DNA of 64,000 nt. It comes from Eledone cirrhosa. Its lineage: Eukaryota. Under the pieces are notes generated by a model. It saw only the letters and a list, made by a program, of their open reading frames with translations. It searched no databases and was not told the origin of the DNA. A program made the translations under genes and the position numbers. Positions within the stretch are counted from its first letter, which is position 1; each line of letters starts with the position of its first letter. The DNA lies in contig OZ024744.1 in assembly GCA_964016885.1 (NCBI GenBank), positions 135,036,001 to 135,100,000 of the forward strand, written 5' to 3'. Positions 62,328 to 64,000 of this stretch are shown here, one piece after another.

Positions 62328-64000
62328 GCGGTTACGTTAATTTGGGGTTAAGTTAAGTTGGGGTTAAGTTGAGTTGGGGTTCAGTTAAGTTGCGGTTAAG
62401 TTAAGTTGGGGTTAAGTTAAGTTGGGGTTAAGTTAAGTTGGGGTTACTTTAAGTTGGGGTTAAGTTAAGTTGGGGTTAAGTTAAGTTGGGGTTCAGTTAA
62501 GTTGCGGTTAAATTAAGTTGGGGTTAAGTTAATTTGGGGTTAAGTTAAGTTGGGGTTAAGATAAGTTGGGGTTAAGTTAAGTTGGGGTTGAGTTAAGTTG
62601 GGGTTGAGTTAATTTGGGGTTAACTTAAGTTGGGGGTACTTAAGTTGGGTTTAAGTTAAGTGGGGTTAAGTTAAGTTGGGGTTAAGTTAAGTTGGTGTTA
62701 AGTTAAGTTGGGGCTGAGTTAAGTTGGGGCTGAGTTAAGTTGGGGTTAAGTTAAGTTGGGGTTGAGTTAAGTTGGGGTTAAGTTAAGCTGGGGTTAAGGT
62801 AAGTTGGGGTTAAGTTAAGTTGGGGTTAAGTTAAGTTGGGGTTGAGTTAAGTTGGGGTTAAGTTAAGTTGGTGTTAAGTTAAGTTGGGGTTCAGTTAAGT
62901 TGGGGTTAAGTTAAGTTGGGGTTAAGATGGGGTTAAATTAAGTTGGGGTTAAGTTAAGTTGGGGTTAAGTTAAGTCGGGGTTAAGTTAAGTCGGGGTTAA
63001 GTTAAGTTAGGGTTAAGTTAAGTTGGAGTTAAGTTAAGTTGGGGTTGAGTTAAGTTGGGGTTGAGTTAAATTGGGGTGGAGTTAAGTTGGGGTTGAGTTA
63101 AGTTGGTGTTGAGTTAAGTTGGGGTTAACTTAAGTTGGGGTTAAGTTAAGTTGCAGTTAAGTTAAGTTGAGTTTAAGTTAAGTTGGGGCTAAGTTAAGTT
63201 GGGGCTAAGTTAAGTTGGGGCTAAGTTAAGTTGGGGCTAAGTTAAGTTGGGGTTCAGTTAAGTTGGTGTTAAGTTAAGTTTGGGTTAAGTTGGGGTTAAA
63301 TGAAGTTGGGGTTAAGTTAAGTTGGGGTTTAGTTAAGTTGGGGTTAAGTTAAGTTGGGGTTAATTTAAGTTGGGGTTAAGTTAAGTTGGGGTTAAGTTAA
63401 GTGGTGGTTATGTTAAGTTGGGGTTAAGTTAAGTTGGGGTTAATTTAAATTGGGGTTAAGTTAATTTTGTGGTTAAGTTAAGTTGGGGTTAAGTTAAGTC
63501 GGGGTTAAGTTAATTTGGGGTTGAGTTAAGTTGGGGTTAATTTAAGTTGGGGCTAAGTTAATTTGTGGTTAAGTTAAGTTGGGGTAAAGTTAAGTTGGGG
63601 TTAACTTAAGTTGGGGTTGAGTTAAGTTGGGGTTGAGTTAATTTAGGGTTAAGTTAAGTTGGGGTTAAGTTAAGTTGGGTTTAAGTTAAGTTGGGGTAAA
63701 ATTAAGTTGGGGTTAAATTAAGTTGGGGTTAAGTTAAGTTGGGGGTAAGTTAAGTTGGGGGCAAGTTAAGTTGGGGTTAAGTTAAGTTGGGGTTAAATTA
63801 AGTTGGGGTTAAGTTAAGTTGGTGTTAATTTAAGTTGGGGTTTATTTAAGTTGGGGTTAATTAAGTTGGGGTTAAATTAAGTTGGGGTTAAGTTAAGTTG
63901 GGGTTAATTTAAGTTGGGGTTGAGTTAAGTTGCGGTTAAGTTAAGTTGGGTTTATATTAAGTTGGGGTTAAGTTAAGTTGGGGTTAAGTTAAGTTGGGGC

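Larger units (their letters stand above)
1..64000 (+). repeat. Tandem satellite array of a 16-bp telomere-like monomer (TTGGGGTTAAGTTAAG)n, about 4000 copies, running off both window ends
   Basis: The monomer is visible on every line in one orientation, with the G-rich strand on +. Single-base variants are frequent (ttgag, ttaat, ttaaa, ttcag, gtaag, ctgag, ttgcgg, ttggtg), and occasional 11- and 15-bp monomers occur. No non-repeat interruption was seen. Confidence 0.99.

Noticed and set aside
1-64000. Protein-coding repeat ORF on either strand
   Set aside because: Each monomer has two TAA triplets on each strand (TTAA is palindromic), and the 16-bp period rotates through all frames, so every frame stops within about 48 bp of consensus sequence.
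1-64000. CRISPR array
   Set aside because: Monomers are directly adjacent with no unique spacers, and there is no leader or cas gene.
1-64000. piggyBac (TTAA target) or telomere-specific retrotransposon (SART/TRAS-type) insertions
   Set aside because: TTAA sites are abundant, but I saw no inserted non-repeat sequence, terminal inverted repeat or poly(A) tail anywhere.
1-64000. Inversion or head-to-head telomere fusion point
   Set aside because: No CCCCAA-oriented monomers were seen; polarity is uniform across the window.
1-64000. Variants as an encoded message or diversity-generating system
   Set aside because: The variant patterns are accounted for by point mutation followed by nested duplication. 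No associated enzyme gene or template/variable region pair is present.
1-64000. Pure sequencing noise on a perfect repeat
   Set aside because: The same variants recur in the same order at fixed kb offsets, which random read error would not produce.
1-64000. Taxonomic assignment (ciliate from TTGGGG, bee from TTAGGTTGGGG similarity)
   Set aside because: Short-motif resemblance is insufficient. The 16-mer matches neither exactly, and there is no flanking unique sequence.

Overview
All 64,000 bp are one head-to-tail tandem array of a 16-bp monomer, consensus TTGGGG-TTAAG-TTAAG (reverse complement CTTAACTTAACCCCAA; G6 T6 A4 C0). I saw no unique sequence, inversion, gene, RNA gene, mobile element or CRISPR spacer. 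The monomer is telomere-like (G-rich strand almost free of C; it resembles TTGGGG plus degenerate TTAGG pentamers), but the array is heterogeneous. Rare monomer variants recur in the same order and reveal a ~7.4-7.7 kb higher-order repeat plus tandem duplications with periods of 442, 1029, 2120, 2795, 3748 and 9786 bp. One duplication is nested in another, and one has an apparently templated insert at its junction. The best reading is a eukaryotic telomere-derived or telomere-like satellite expanded by recombination or template switching. Species and chromosomal position cannot be determined from this window. Offsets were read by hand from marker variants, and boundaries are approximate (about +/- 1-2 monomers).
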